A stretch of DNA of 64,000 nt from Escherichia coli. GTDB taxonomy: Bacteria; Pseudomonadota; Gammaproteobacteria; Enterobacterales; Enterobacteriaceae. Location of the stretch: assembly GCF_011045215.1 (NCBI RefSeq), contig NZ_CP049202.1, one strand, 5' to 3'. The notes below the pieces were generated by a model. It did not search any database and was not told the origin of the DNA. It was given only the letters and a program-made list of their open reading frames with translations. Within the stretch, counting starts at the first letter, position 1; each line of letters begins with the position of its first letter. Positions 11,294 through 21,217 of the stretch are shown here, piece by piece. The translations under genes and the position numbers were made by a program.

Positions 11294-14136
11294 AATGGTC
11301 CCTTCAGTTGATTCTTTTTCTCATCAATCATTTTTTTCACAGTCTCTTCTGATGGCTCAGGTATTATCTTTTGACTTTCTCGCTCTTCATTATATTTATT
11401 ATTCTGAGATAATGCTTCTGTTTTATGGTGATTTTGTAGTTCAGAATACTGTTTTCTTACAATATTTTCCTCGCCTCGGATGCTGTTCTGAGTATCTCCG
11501 ATATTACCTCGATATTCTGTGACCATATTATCAACCTGATGTTTTACATCATCACGGATATTACTGTCCTGCGTTCTTTGATCAATAATGGCCTGATGCC
11601 CCTGATGGTCAGCAATAATATCCTGGCTGCCACCACCCGAAGGTACGCTCTCCATTCCTTTACCAATATCGCCACGGGATTCACGCCAGGCATTATCAAC
11701 ACCAGGCTGTATCTGTTCCTGCACAAAAGACCAGGCCATCGCCCGACGGCGTTCTGCAATCTCCGGCGAACTGGTATTTGTCAGAATAGCTTCGGCATCC
11801 TGCGGTGCGTGTTTCATCACATACTGTGCAAACTGTTGCGACAAATCTTCACTCATCTGCCCACTCATGCTTTCAGTACGGGATGCCATTTCAGCATATT
11901 CATGGCTGCGGGTCATATTCGTCGTGTACTGGTCGTAACTCTGTTTCGCTGAGTTCAGGGCTGCAGACAGCTGGTCCACACGGGAATCGGCATTATTGTC
12001 AGTATGGCTGCCGGACTCACTGACTTTGCGACTGGTAAAGTAATCGCTGGCCTCTTTAAAGTCCTTACTGGCTTTAGCATCGATATCATGTCGAGCATCA
12101 TGGGTAGCCCTGCTGCCACTACTTGCAGAATGTGAATCATCATCCGTTCGATCAAGACTTCCCTTAAATCCGCCTCTGACACCAACTCCACCACCAACCC
12201 CAAGAATTTTAGGTTTAATCCCCCATTCAGCATGAGCATCTGCATATCCGCCATACGAGAACTTAGAACCTGTTGATGCCAGTTCCTGAGTCGCCTGCTC
12301 ATTACTGATATTATGCGCTTTCGCATAGCTTTCCACTGCACTGCGCATACGGCTGGCCATCATGGAGTCCTGTGCGCTCATCGTGCTGTCAGCGCCACCG
12401 GTGACAGAATCACTGCTCCCCCGGTTAGAACCAAACTGACTGAGCGTATTCCAGGCACTGGCAATACTGCTGCTGAACCCATGCAGGGCGCTTTCTGCTC
12501 TGTTCGATGCCTCCCGGGCCATTTCCTGTTGTGCCGCCGCAATCTGACGCGTTGCATTGATACCGACCGGTAAACGGGACATCGCTCCGCTTGCATCCAT
12601 AACCATATTACCGTCACGGGTCTGTGTGGCGGTTGCGCCACTGCCGGTCTGGTACATCATCTGACCAAACGACGTGGTGCTGTTGGTGCTCCAGCTGAAG
12701 CCGTTCACGTTTTCCGTCTGCATGTTGCCGTAGGAGTAATTACCGTCAACCACACTGCCTGCTGCACTGGCCGTCGGACTGATAGATGAAGAGGCGAAGT
12801 GGCTGTACACACTGGAAAAACCTGCGCCAAGGCCTTTTACCATCATCCATGACAACGGGGGTATCATGACAGATATATATCCGGCAGTGGACGCCAGGTC
12901 GGAGTATTTCAGCTGTATCTGAGAGAGTTCAGAGAGCACGACCGGTGCACCATTCTGCTTTGCATAGAATGTCATGGCACTGTTCAGAATGGCATACAGC
13001 AACGGCCAGGTCTGGAACCACATCAGGGCAAACACATAGCCCTTCAGTACAGACAGCGTTAACCTGTTGAAGACCGCCGCCAGTACCAGGAGCGGGAAGA
13101 TACCAATGGTAATGCCCACCAGAATGGTCTGCACCATCGGCAGGTTTCGCATCAGCACATGACCAATGGAGACATGTGCCAGACGCTGTTTCTCCATCGA
13201 CGAGGTCGTGGCCAGACTGACCAGGCTGGCGGTATCACCGTTACGGGCTGCATTACTGGTGATACCCTCTTTCAGGGCATTCATGGTGACGTTCTGGCGC
13301 ATAATATGGCTGGCAGACTGGCTGGAGCCGTAGAAATAACTGTAACTGTCACTCACCAGTTGCCTGAATAACAGGTCCGGGTCCGGTCTGCCGCCAAATA
13401 TCTGCTGGACATAATAATGCCAGGTCTTGCCTCCGGTATTCGTATCAAAATTCAGCTTATCCTTCAGTCCGACGGATGCGTCCTTACAGGACACAAACGG
13501 CTCTGAACTGTGCAGAAAACTGTAATTATTATTCGGCACCTGACGTAAAGGGCTGGGCTGAGAAAAGATTATGGTGTACGGGTCAGAGGAGGCCATCAGG
13601 TCTTCCAGCGTGTATTTGTGATTCAGGTAAATATCACCCAGCACGCAGTTCTGGACGTAGTCCTGAAACAGATTGATGATTTCCGGATTCCGGGACAGAA
13701 AATCGGTGCTTTTCACAATCAGGTTCGCCCCGAACAGCATGCCTGTCTTGCTGTAGGTGGCGCTGTCAGGCTGAGCGAACACCATCTCATAGCCGGCCAC
13801 CATTGCATGCCCGATACGGGTCGTCAGTGAAAGTGGCATCGCCAGTCCGACCGGCACATTATCCACCCGATGGACTTTGACCAGGTCACTGTTATCAATA
13901 ATCTGCACCGACGTGCGGACATTAACCAGCAGGCTGATAAGCACAAACACGGCCACCCAGCCCAGCAAATCCATCACGTTGTGCCGCTGTACCCATATCA
14001 CGGCCACCGCGAGAACAGACAATGTGAGCGCAATTTTTTCAATGGAATCCCACGTCCTGGTTCCCATAAAGGCGGCAATGGCGTTCAGGTTATTCCGCAA
14101 CCATTCACCACCGGCAATCACATAAACTTCATTCAC
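11290..14136 (-). CDS. traG: TraG (pilus assembly / mating-pair stabilisation), 948 aa
   Basis: Large ORF with an N-terminal polytopic membrane region. Positioned between traH and traS as in F. Confidence 0.9.
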   Translation of the reverse strand: MNEVYVIAGGEWLRNNLNAIAAFMGTRTWDSIEKIALTLSVLAVAVIWVQRHNVMDLLGWVAVFVLISLLVNVRTSVQIIDNSDLVKVHRVDNVPVGLAMPLSLTTRIGHAMVAGYEMVFAQPDSATYSKTGMLFGANLIVKSTDFLSRNPEIINLFQDYVQNCVLGDIYLNHKYTLEDLMASSDPYTIIFSQPSPLRQVPNNNYSFLHSSEPFVSCKDASVGLKDKLNFDTNTGGKTWHYYVQQIFGGRPDPDLLFRQLVSDSYSYFYGSSQSASHIMRQNVTMNALKEGITSNAARNGDTASLVSLATTSSMEKQRLAHVSIGHVLMRNLPMVQTILVGITIGIFPLLVLAAVFNRLTLSVLKGYVFALMWFQTWPLLYAILNSAMTFYAKQNGAPVVLSELSQIQLKYSDLASTAGYISVMIPPLSWMMVKGLGAGFSSVYSHFASSSISPTASAAGSVVDGNYSYGNMQTENVNGFSWSTNSTTSFGQMMYQTGSGATATQTRDGNMVMDASGAMSRLPVGINATRQIAAAQQEMAREASNRAESALHGFSSSIASAWNTLSQFGSNRGSSDSVTGGADSTMSAQDSMMASRMRSAVESYAKAHNISNEQATQELASTGSKFSYGGYADAHAEWGIKPKILGVGGGVGVRGGFKGSLDRTDDDSHSASSGSRATHDARHDIDAKASKDFKEASDYFTSRKVSESGSHTDNNADSRVDQLSAALNSAKQSYDQYTTNMTRSHEYAEMASRTESMSGQMSEDLSQQFAQYVMKHAPQDAEAILTNTSSPEIAERRRAMAWSFVQEQIQPGVDNAWRESRGDIGKGMESVPSGGGSQDIIADHQGHQAIIDQRTQDSNIRDDVKHQVDNMVTEYRGNIGDTQNSIRGEENIVRKQYSELQNHHKTEALSQNNKYNEERESQKIIPEPSEETVKKMIDEKKNQLKGPL

Positions 14137-15509
14137 AGCGTGCTCCCTCCGAAGTGATAGTTGTTCTGGTAACGACTGAGCATGCGGGCGGAAAGCTGCT
14201 GACGCATATAGCTCATCTGACGATCGACAACCAGCAGCGCATCCTGCTGTACCTGCACCTGTGACTGAAACGCCGCAATCTGCCGGGTGGCATCATTCAT
14301 GTTGTCGTTAATATGCTCGATAACCGCTTCGTCATAATTTCCCGTGGCCACCATCGCCCGGGCCTGCTGTATCAGCTCCTGAATGTACTGCAGCAGGATG
14401 TCGTAACCGATATAGTCCGTCAGCTGGTAAATCATGCTGTTGGAAACACCGAGCATCTGCGGGTCAACCAGGTATTTGAAGACGGGGATGGTGGTACTGG
14501 AAATAAAGCCTTTTTCCTTGTCATCCAGAGGTGTGTCACTGACCGCCTTGTTCTGAATGCTGGCCAGAAGTTTAGTAATCTGAGACTTCAGTGCATTATC
14601 CCGGCTGATGGTCACCGGTGTGTCAGCCACCACTTTCAGGCATTTATCAGAATCGTTGCAGTGATAAATTTTTGCTGTGCCGCCTTCCATCATGGCCCGG
14701 ATAATTGAGCGGTCAGTGGTTCTGGCCGACAGCGGTGTGATTTCGCCGTTGGGACCAAACACCAGTGAGCCGGTCAGCGTCATCACAAACTCTTTCAGCT
14801 CTTTGTTGCCGTCAAACATTCTGTTTTTGGAAAGCGCATTCCACATGATGTTGATGTTTTTGGTCACCCGCTCCTTATCCTTGTCGCCGGCTTTATCCCT
14901 GACGCTGTCAGATTTCCCGCCAACGGTACATCCCTGCCGGGAAGCCGCCCAGTCAGCAAAAATATTGCTCTCACCGGCAATGTCCTGACAGACTTTCTGC
15001 TGGGACACCTGCGTCCGGGGGAAAAGCCCGCCGATAATCCCCTGTGCAGCCTGGCAGGAACTGAGGTTCATACTGTTAATGTCGCTTGCCATTTTCTGCA
15101 GGAAGTCTTTTGCAGTTTTGATTTCCGGCACCGTTGTCTGCAGGGCAAGGTCAAAAAAGTAACCGGCAGCATTGCTCATAATCTGCTTAACAAAACGCTG
15201 CAACTGCTCACCATTGATGTAACTGAACGAACCGAGATAGGCGTCAATGCCGCCACATCCGGCATTGATATCCGGCAGCGTCATGGAAATCAGCTGAACA
15301 TTTTTGACCTGAGTACGGGCATACAGGGAGCCACCGTAAGCATAGCCGGCGGCCTGCCCCTGCCAGACGCCCGGCTGTGTGGTATTGGAAGCAAACCCCA
15401 GCTTGTTAAAGAACTGATTCATGTCGCTGTTCACATCCGCTGACGCTGCGGGTGTGACCGTCAGTAAAGCGGCACAAAGAACCAGAAGAGGTTTAATGCG
15501 TGGCATCAT
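14133..15509 (-). CDS. traH: TraH pilus-assembly protein, 458 aa
   Basis: Signal peptide MMPRIKPLLVLCAALLTVTPAASA. F synteny; ATGA overlap with traG. Confidence 0.9.
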   Translation of the reverse strand: MMPRIKPLLVLCAALLTVTPAASADVNSDMNQFFNKLGFASNTTQPGVWQGQAAGYAYGGSLYARTQVKNVQLISMTLPDINAGCGGIDAYLGSFSYINGEQLQRFVKQIMSNAAGYFFDLALQTTVPEIKTAKDFLQKMASDINSMNLSSCQAAQGIIGGLFPRTQVSQQKVCQDIAGESNIFADWAASRQGCTVGGKSDSVRDKAGDKDKERVTKNINIMWNALSKNRMFDGNKELKEFVMTLTGSLVFGPNGEITPLSARTTDRSIIRAMMEGGTAKIYHCNDSDKCLKVVADTPVTISRDNALKSQITKLLASIQNKAVSDTPLDDKEKGFISSTTIPVFKYLVDPQMLGVSNSMIYQLTDYIGYDILLQYIQELIQQARAMVATGNYDEAVIEHINDNMNDATRQIAAFQSQVQVQQDALLVVDRQMSYMRQQLSARMLSRYQNNYHFGGSTL

Positions 15510-15885
15510 TCTCGCCCTCCCTTAATTTGTTCTCCCGGCGCATACGGCGTTTCAGCAGGAATATCCGGACACCCCCGAATATTATTTCGCACAACGGCAA
15601 CAGAGAAGCCGCAGCAAGAAAACCAGCTGCAAGCGCATATAACATAATCGGAATGACATACATCAGGATGTTCCACATATAACGAAAATTATTTAATTCC
15701 GGGTCAGCTTTCCACGAATCAATACCGGCACTGAAAAAATCATGCATAACGTTCCTTACAATCAATCCGGCAACAAAGAAAACCACAAAAAGCCAGAAAT
15801 ATTTTTTTGCATTATCACAGCTGCGCTCAATACCCCGCTTAATTTTTCTGATTTTGAATTCCTGATTCTTTTTGTTTTCTTTCAT
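15493..15885 (-). CDS. trbF: TrbF-like small membrane protein
   Basis: Position upstream of traH. Start taken at MKENKKNQEF. Hydrophobic. Confidence 0.55.
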   Translation of the reverse strand: MKENKKNQEFKIRKIKRGIERSCDNAKKYFWLFVVFFVAGLIVRNVMHDFFSAGIDSWKADPELNNFRYMWNILMYVIPIMLYALAAGFLAAASLLPLCEIIFGGVRIFLLKRRMRRENKLREGENDATH

Positions 15886-16135
15886 TATAAGTTTCCTCTG
15901 ATATTTCTGATAATTCATTCAGACCGGTCATGCGGCTGTAATATATTTCAGACACCGAAATCCATCCCACAATTGCCCCCACAAAAAACACAACAGAAAC
16001 AGAAAAGGTAAGACACAGCGAAACGACAATTTCTACAGGGCTGGCGGGATAAAAAAGCCCCTGACGGATAAAGGGGATATTCAGGCTGACGATTATTCCT
16101 GTCGCGATGCCGGATATTCCGGCAATGAGTAACAT
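15839..16135 (-). CDS. trbJ: TrbJ-like small membrane protein
   Basis: Position between trbB and trbF. Start taken at MLLIAGISG. Confidence 0.5.
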   Translation of the reverse strand: MLLIAGISGIATGIIVSLNIPFIRQGLFYPASPVEIVVSLCLTFSVSVVFFVGAIVGWISVSEIYYSRMTGLNELSEISEETYNERKQKESGIQNQKN

Positions 16136-16142
16136 CACCTGC

Positions 16143-16688
16143 TTATTTCGCACCTTTTTTCCCTCCGTACATCTGCAGAACGGTATCCATCCGCGCCATA
16201 AAACCAGCGGCATCCGTTGCCCCCTGTAAAAGCGGTAATGCCTCAAGCGTGTTGACGTTGACCAGGAAGGTGGTCGGTGTGGCCACCGGGATATTCGGGA
16301 AGAAGGTCTGCATTACGTCAGGTGGTGCCGGTAATGCCTCCGGAAAAGCCGAATCCCCCTGACCATCCAGGGTGTAGGGAAAAACGGAAAAACCGTACTG
16401 TTGTGCCAGCTGTTTCAGCACCGGGTCAAACTGGTGACAGTAAGGGCAATGTCCCTGCATAAACAGCACCACCTTCCAGTCGGCCAGGTTAACCTGCCTG
16501 CCGTTGCTGAGGCGGAACCAGCGGGGAGCCGTTTTTTCTGTTCTGGCTGACGTACCTGCTGCTGGTTGTGCTGGCTGCGCGGCCATACCCTGCGGATTCC
16601 AGAGTCGTTCAATTTCATCCCGGGTGGAGGCCCGCACACCTGTGGCCATTATCAACAGAATGACCGGCAGTAATTTAGTGAGAGACAT
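16143..16688 (-). CDS. trbB: TrbB periplasmic thioredoxin-fold disulfide isomerase
   Basis: 181 aa, signal peptide, CPYC motif. F synteny. Confidence 0.85.
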   Translation of the reverse strand: MSLTKLLPVILLIMATGVRASTRDEIERLWNPQGMAAQPAQPAAGTSARTEKTAPRWFRLSNGRQVNLADWKVVLFMQGHCPYCHQFDPVLKQLAQQYGFSVFPYTLDGQGDSAFPEALPAPPDVMQTFFPNIPVATPTTFLVNVNTLEALPLLQGATDAAGFMARMDTVLQMYGGKKGAK

Positions 16689-16959
16689 GTCCGCCCTCCT
16701 GCTGCCCTTCCATCATGGCCTGTTGCCTGGCTTCCAGTGCCTCACGCTCTTCCCGGCTGACACGTGCAATCCATGCATCCAGCACCTGGTATGCGCCGAA
16801 CAACACAAGGATGGCCGCAATCAACTCCGCCAGAAAAAAAGCCATCCAGGGTTTGCTGTAAACAAGACGGGCGACGATATGAAACCAGACACCCAGGGAA
16901 AATACCCACATTCCCGTAATATCAAGCCGGGGTAAAGAGAATCTGCGTTTACCTATCAT
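16675..16959 (-). CDS. traQ: TraQ pilin chaperone, 94 aa
   Basis: Size and position as in F; one TM segment. Confidence 0.8.
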   Translation of the reverse strand: MIGKRRFSLPRLDITGMWVFSLGVWFHIVARLVYSKPWMAFFLAELIAAILVLFGAYQVLDAWIARVSREEREALEARQQAMMEGQQEGGHVSH

Positions 16960-17039
16960 GTTAAACTCCGGTTATTATTTACATGAGAGTATTTATGTCT
17001 GTAATATTCGCGTTTGTGTGATATTAATCAGAGGTACAA

Positions 17040-17354
17040 ATGGAAAAGCGATCTTTTAAAGAAAAACTGGAAATAATCAGAAACATAATAAGAGAGTCGT
17101 TACTGGGAAATGCGGCAATTATTGCGCTGATATATGCAGCATCACATTCATTACCGGTCAATGCCTTCCCTGACTATCTTGTAATAAGTTTATTAAGTAT
17201 CGCAGCAGGCATCGTTGTATTATGGTTATTTTCAATTATCTATATTTATTTTTGTGAGCTATTCAGAAGCCACTGGATTGCGGTATGGTTTATCATATGG
17301 TCTTCAGTAATCAACCTCATTATTTTGTATGGTTTTTATGACCGTTTTATATGA
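17040..17354 (+). CDS. artA: ArtA-like anti-tra-strand ORF, 104 aa
   Basis: 104-aa hydrophobic ORF on the opposite strand between traQ and trbA. F artA has the same size and placement. Confidence 0.55.
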   Translation: MEKRSFKEKLEIIRNIIRESLLGNAAIIALIYAASHSLPVNAFPDYLVISLLSIAAGIVVLWLFSIIYIYFCELFRSHWIAVWFIIWSSVINLIILYGFYDRFI

Positions 17355-17355
17355 C

Positions 17356-17703
17356 TTAGCCTGTCATAAGCCCCCTTATAAAAAACCACATCACTCCGGA
17401 CCATACCGATGACAACATAATACAGATAAATATTCTTCTGAACCTGTCGAAGCTCGTAACGTCCGGTAATGCGGCCGCAACTATTGAAACAACCATTGCT
17501 GCGCCCTGATTCATAATTGCACCACACAGAAACCAGAGACTGGCGGTAAGCACATATAAACACGCAATATTAATAACAAGGAAAACCAGTGAGCTCAGGA
17601 GAAACATTTTCCTGTCATTACGCTCAGAAAAGAAATAACCGGCAATAATGACAAATATTAACAGAACAACACCTGTAAACATTTTCAAATAATCTTCACT
17701 CAT
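17356..17703 (-). CDS. trbA: TrbA membrane protein, 115 aa
   Basis: Size and position as in F; hydrophobic. Confidence 0.65.
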   Translation of the reverse strand: MSEDYLKMFTGVVLLIFVIIAGYFFSERNDRKMFLLSSLVFLVINIACLYVLTASLWFLCGAIMNQGAAMVVSIVAAALPDVTSFDRFRRIFICIMLSSVWSGVMWFFIRGLMTG

Positions 17704-17718
17704 AAATCAAATCCGCGA

Positions 17719-18462
17719 TTAAAAATTGGGTTTAAAATCTTCAGAAACGTTCAGGAACTGTTTTGCCAGGTCGTCCTGCGAAATAAAGCCGTATGATAAC
17801 GGGCGAACACTGCCCTGTTTCGGGTCAACCAGCATCATGGCCGGGAAATATTTCACGCCGAGGCGCTGCGCCTGCCCCTGGTCAGTCCGGGAATCCGGCA
17901 ACAGCGGATTAATCACGCCATCCACGGAAACGGGAATAACACTCAGACCATACGTATCCCGGAAGCCATTAATGACCTGCGCCAGCTGCCCGTCGATAGG
18001 GTCCTGACCCCGGTAAAAAAACATGATGCCGTAATGCTCTGCCAGTCTGGCAATAGCCTGTCGCTGCTGCGCCTGGTCTGCCGCCAGCTGGTTCCGGACC
18101 GTGCCGTTGTAATGGCTGTACTGCAGGTTATAGTCCAGTTCGGGATGCGCCAGCATGGCCTTTCTGGCGCTCATGGTGAAAAGCCCGGCCTGCTGAGTCC
18201 AGTAATTCTGCAGCCGGAAATATTTCACAAAATTATCCACGCCGGGATACAGAATGGCTTCGTACAGCGCCCGCTTTGTTGCCGTCTGCAGCGCGGCCAG
18301 TTTCTGCATAATATCCGGCTCCTGACGGGGGGCTGCAGGTACAGGTTTATTTTCTTTTTCCTTTGGACTTATTTTCTCGTTATACCACTGCCAGCCTGCA
18401 TCTTTCCCTGACGCCGGAAAAATAAAGCAGCAGAGTAACAGTGGCAGTAATGCTTTATTCAT
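17719..18462 (-). CDS. traF: TraF thioredoxin-like pilus-assembly protein
   Basis: Start at MNKALLPLLLCCFIFPASG gives 247 aa, as in F. Confidence 0.88.
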   Translation of the reverse strand: MNKALLPLLLCCFIFPASGKDAGWQWYNEKISPKEKENKPVPAAPRQEPDIMQKLAALQTATKRALYEAILYPGVDNFVKYFRLQNYWTQQAGLFTMSARKAMLAHPELDYNLQYSHYNGTVRNQLAADQAQQRQAIARLAEHYGIMFFYRGQDPIDGQLAQVINGFRDTYGLSVIPVSVDGVINPLLPDSRTDQGQAQRLGVKYFPAMMLVDPKQGSVRPLSYGFISQDDLAKQFLNVSEDFKPNF

Positions 18463-18715
18463 CTTCATTCCTTTCATCATTTTTTCTTTCATCAGCTTTC
18501 TGCAGGCCAGTCAGGGCAGAAAAACAAAAATACAGAATAAACAGGAGCACACCGGAGTAAAGGATAACGAAAGCAGCGGCAAGCATCCCGTCTGCCGTGG
18601 TTTCTTTTACCGTATCCCACGACCAGATAATTACCGGGGAAATGACAATCGCTGTAATCAAAAGCCGGATAAGAAAATCAATAAAACGGTTCGACGTGAA
18701 TATGACTTTCATCAT
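18455..18715 (-). CDS. trbE: TrbE small membrane protein, 86 aa
   Basis: Size and position as in F. Confidence 0.7.
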   Translation of the reverse strand: MMKVIFTSNRFIDFLIRLLITAIVISPVIIWSWDTVKETTADGMLAAAFVILYSGVLLFILYFCFSALTGLQKADERKNDERNEDE

Positions 18716-18738
18716 TTTCCCCGGTTATTTTCCATACC

Positions 18739-20613
18739 TTACAGTCCTGCCTGTTTCAGCTGGTCAGCAATCTGCTCTTTCACTTTCTGCGTCAGAACAC
18801 CACTGTCCGGGATTTTCTGGTTATTCATCAGGTCTTCGTAGAAGTTAGTGAAATCCAGTCTGTCGAACTGAATTTTCTGCAGCTCATCAACCGTAATCCC
18901 CCGACAGTCAGGATGCTTCGCACTGCCAAAACTGATACGCAACTGACCGTTGCGCCCCTGCTGCTGGACTATCTGCGCCAGCTTCGAATCAAACTGACAG
19001 TAGCTGCGTTTTTTCTCCAGACAGACGCCCAGCACTTTCTTCGAACAGAACTCCCCGACGCTGACGGTCAGTTTGTTTGATTTTTCTTTAGCCAGGGCTT
19101 TTTCATCACTGCTGCATTTGGCCAGCCCGATATCCTGTCCCCAGCCGCTGTCCTTACAGCAGTTGCTGTATCCGGCTGCTGCCTTCTTACAAAATTTCGC
19201 CTGACCGGTGAAAGCACGGACATCCACCCCGTTCAGCGCCGCAATATCCTTACCTGCAGCGGCCAGTGCCGCCAGCTGAGAAACAGCTTCGGCAAAATCA
19301 TTACTCTGCCCGCTCTGAGCCTTATCGCATTCGCCATCGAGACAGAAGACGTCTCCCCCACAGAGCATCACTTTCCCGGATGTTTTTGACTCACAGGAGT
19401 ACGTGGCATATTCATGCAGACAGGCACCTTCTTCGGAGTAAAAGGCGCACTGGTGTGACACCAGGGTACAGGCTGGATTGTCGGTGTAGGTCTGACAGGT
19501 TCCCTTGTCTGCTGACTGTGTGACATACGTGTCCCGGTATGCCCAGCAGCTCTGGTACATGCTGTATGACTGACCGTCTTTCACCAGCGTCCTGTTCCCG
19601 CCAGCCTCCGTACATTCTGTTTTTGTCAGTTTCCCCAGCTCCTTGCTGAACGGGCAGCTTTCAGACCAGACAACATACGGGGTGTACGAGGCTTTTTTTA
19701 CCCTGACAACCAGACGCAGCTTCATTGCCGTATGACGTTTGAATTTTGTATTCCCGACCCGGACGGGGTGAGATGACGTAAAAGCCACACCGGCAGTCAG
19801 TGTTTTCTGTACTGGTGTAAATGAGGCATCTGCTGAGTATTTGGCATTCCAGCTCAGTGGGGTTCCCAGTACTGTAATTGTCATAGGTACACTCTTCTGC
19901 AGGTAAGTACGACTCCAGCTGTAATGCGCATCGACAATTTCACCGGTAACGGGAGAGGTAATGGAGACAACATACTGACCATTCACTTCACGTGCAGGTA
20001 GCTGACTCATTTCATACTCCAGCGTCCGGGTTTCCCATGTGGTACTCCCCTGCAGCTCCATACGGGCAGTTCGTGTGCAGTACTGCTCCACCTGTAAATC
20101 CCTCTCACAGGTATAATTCGTGTATTCACTCCGGCTAATCTCCTGCGCACTGCACTGCTGCCCGGTGTTTCCCACAATGCTGTCAGCCCGGTTCACCACA
20201 TCCCTGTCGGTCTGGATAAACGGTGCATCCGGTGAAAGAATGTCTTTCGGCTTGTTCATGAATGACTCTGTGATGGTTTTTCCGGTTTCACCGGTCGCCC
20301 ATTCCGTGGTGCCGTCATTTTTCAGGCCGCCATCCCCGCCGGCAGTCACGCCACCGTAATATTTTGTCTCGTCCGGATTCGCGTTATAGCCGGGGATACT
20401 CTCCTGTGGCTTAAAGCCCTGAATACTGCTGCTTCCCTGTCCTTTGATCTGGTGAGCAAAATCAGAGCCGGCCCGGTAATCACTGTTGCTGTCAGCAAAC
20501 ACAGAAAAGCTCAGGAAAAAAACAATTGCACAAAGATTGCACGGCTTTACGGAATAATTAAAATTCAGAGATCTGAAAAAGGTATTTATCTTTTCTTTCA
20601 TAACCTGAACCAT
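18739..20613 (-). CDS. traN: TraN outer-membrane mating-pair stabilisation protein, F-type mature region
   Basis: From DSNSDYRAGSDFAHQIKGQG onward it is Cys-rich and matches F TraN as recalled. The start is ambiguous (20613 or 20601). The signal peptide differs from the one I recall for F. Confidence 0.9.
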   Translation of the reverse strand: MVQVMKEKINTFFRSLNFNYSVKPCNLCAIVFFLSFSVFADSNSDYRAGSDFAHQIKGQGSSSIQGFKPQESIPGYNANPDETKYYGGVTAGGDGGLKNDGTTEWATGETGKTITESFMNKPKDILSPDAPFIQTDRDVVNRADSIVGNTGQQCSAQEISRSEYTNYTCERDLQVEQYCTRTARMELQGSTTWETRTLEYEMSQLPAREVNGQYVVSITSPVTGEIVDAHYSWSRTYLQKSVPMTITVLGTPLSWNAKYSADASFTPVQKTLTAGVAFTSSHPVRVGNTKFKRHTAMKLRLVVRVKKASYTPYVVWSESCPFSKELGKLTKTECTEAGGNRTLVKDGQSYSMYQSCWAYRDTYVTQSADKGTCQTYTDNPACTLVSHQCAFYSEEGACLHEYATYSCESKTSGKVMLCGGDVFCLDGECDKAQSGQSNDFAEAVSQLAALAAAGKDIAALNGVDVRAFTGQAKFCKKAAAGYSNCCKDSGWGQDIGLAKCSSDEKALAKEKSNKLTVSVGEFCSKKVLGVCLEKKRSYCQFDSKLAQIVQQQGRNGQLRISFGSAKHPDCRGITVDELQKIQFDRLDFTNFYEDLMNNQKIPDSGVLTQKVKEQIADQLKQAGL

Positions 20614-20626
20614 ACTGGAGAATGAA

Positions 20627-20848
20627 GTGATGTCATCTCAACTTCAGAACTGTGTTGATTGTGGTAAAGCATTAAGTCGAACAGCCACAACGTGCGGGAA
20701 TTGCAGCTCAACGGACCCTTTTGGAAAAAAACGGCGCAGTGATCGCTTTTACCAGTGGTTTGTAGGGCTGTTTATTACGGCTATTATTATTGCTGGCGGA
20801 TTATGGTACATGGGGCTTCTTGACGTACCGGGATTACTACTCAGATAA
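20627..20848 (+). CDS. Zinc-ribbon plus C-terminal TM protein, 73 aa, antisense to the tra operon
   Basis: CVDCG...CGNC motif. GGAG lies 8 nt before the ATG. Hydrophobic C-terminus FVGLFITAIIIAGGLWYMGLL. Confidence 0.5.
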   Translation: MMSSQLQNCVDCGKALSRTATTCGNCSSTDPFGKKRRSDRFYQWFVGLFITAIIIAGGLWYMGLLDVPGLLLR

Positions 20849-21217
20849 CGACTTCAGTAACGATATCAGTGTTCTGAAATCGGCACATAACGAGTGACGA
20901 CAATACCGGTTATACCAGTAATGAGGGGTGTCGGGCTGAAGCCTGAAACAGAGCTGAAACTCACTGTTAAAAGCCCCCTTCACCGACCATCCCCATGCCA
21001 GACGTGGTATTGCTGATTCAGCATCCTGCCGCAGTCGCTGCTCAAGAAGGGCAGCCATTTTTACCGGACAGGCAAAGGCAATATAAGGAGGCAGCTTTGT
21101 AACAGGGAAACCATGTCCCTGACAGGAAGCATATGTGCGGAAGCCGTGAATGTTCATCGCGGCCACCAGGGCACGGATCTCCGGATCAATCTGATAATAC
21201 CCGGCAGGTAAAGTCAT
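20837..21217 (-). CDS. Hypothetical protein, 126 aa, translationally coupled to trbC
   Basis: ATGA overlap with the trbC stop. Contains ASCQGHG; no recognised family. Confidence 0.55.
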   Translation of the reverse strand: MTLPAGYYQIDPEIRALVAAMNIHGFRTYASCQGHGFPVTKLPPYIAFACPVKMAALLEQRLRQDAESAIPRLAWGWSVKGAFNSEFQLCFRLQPDTPHYWYNRYCRHSLCADFRTLISLLKSLSE

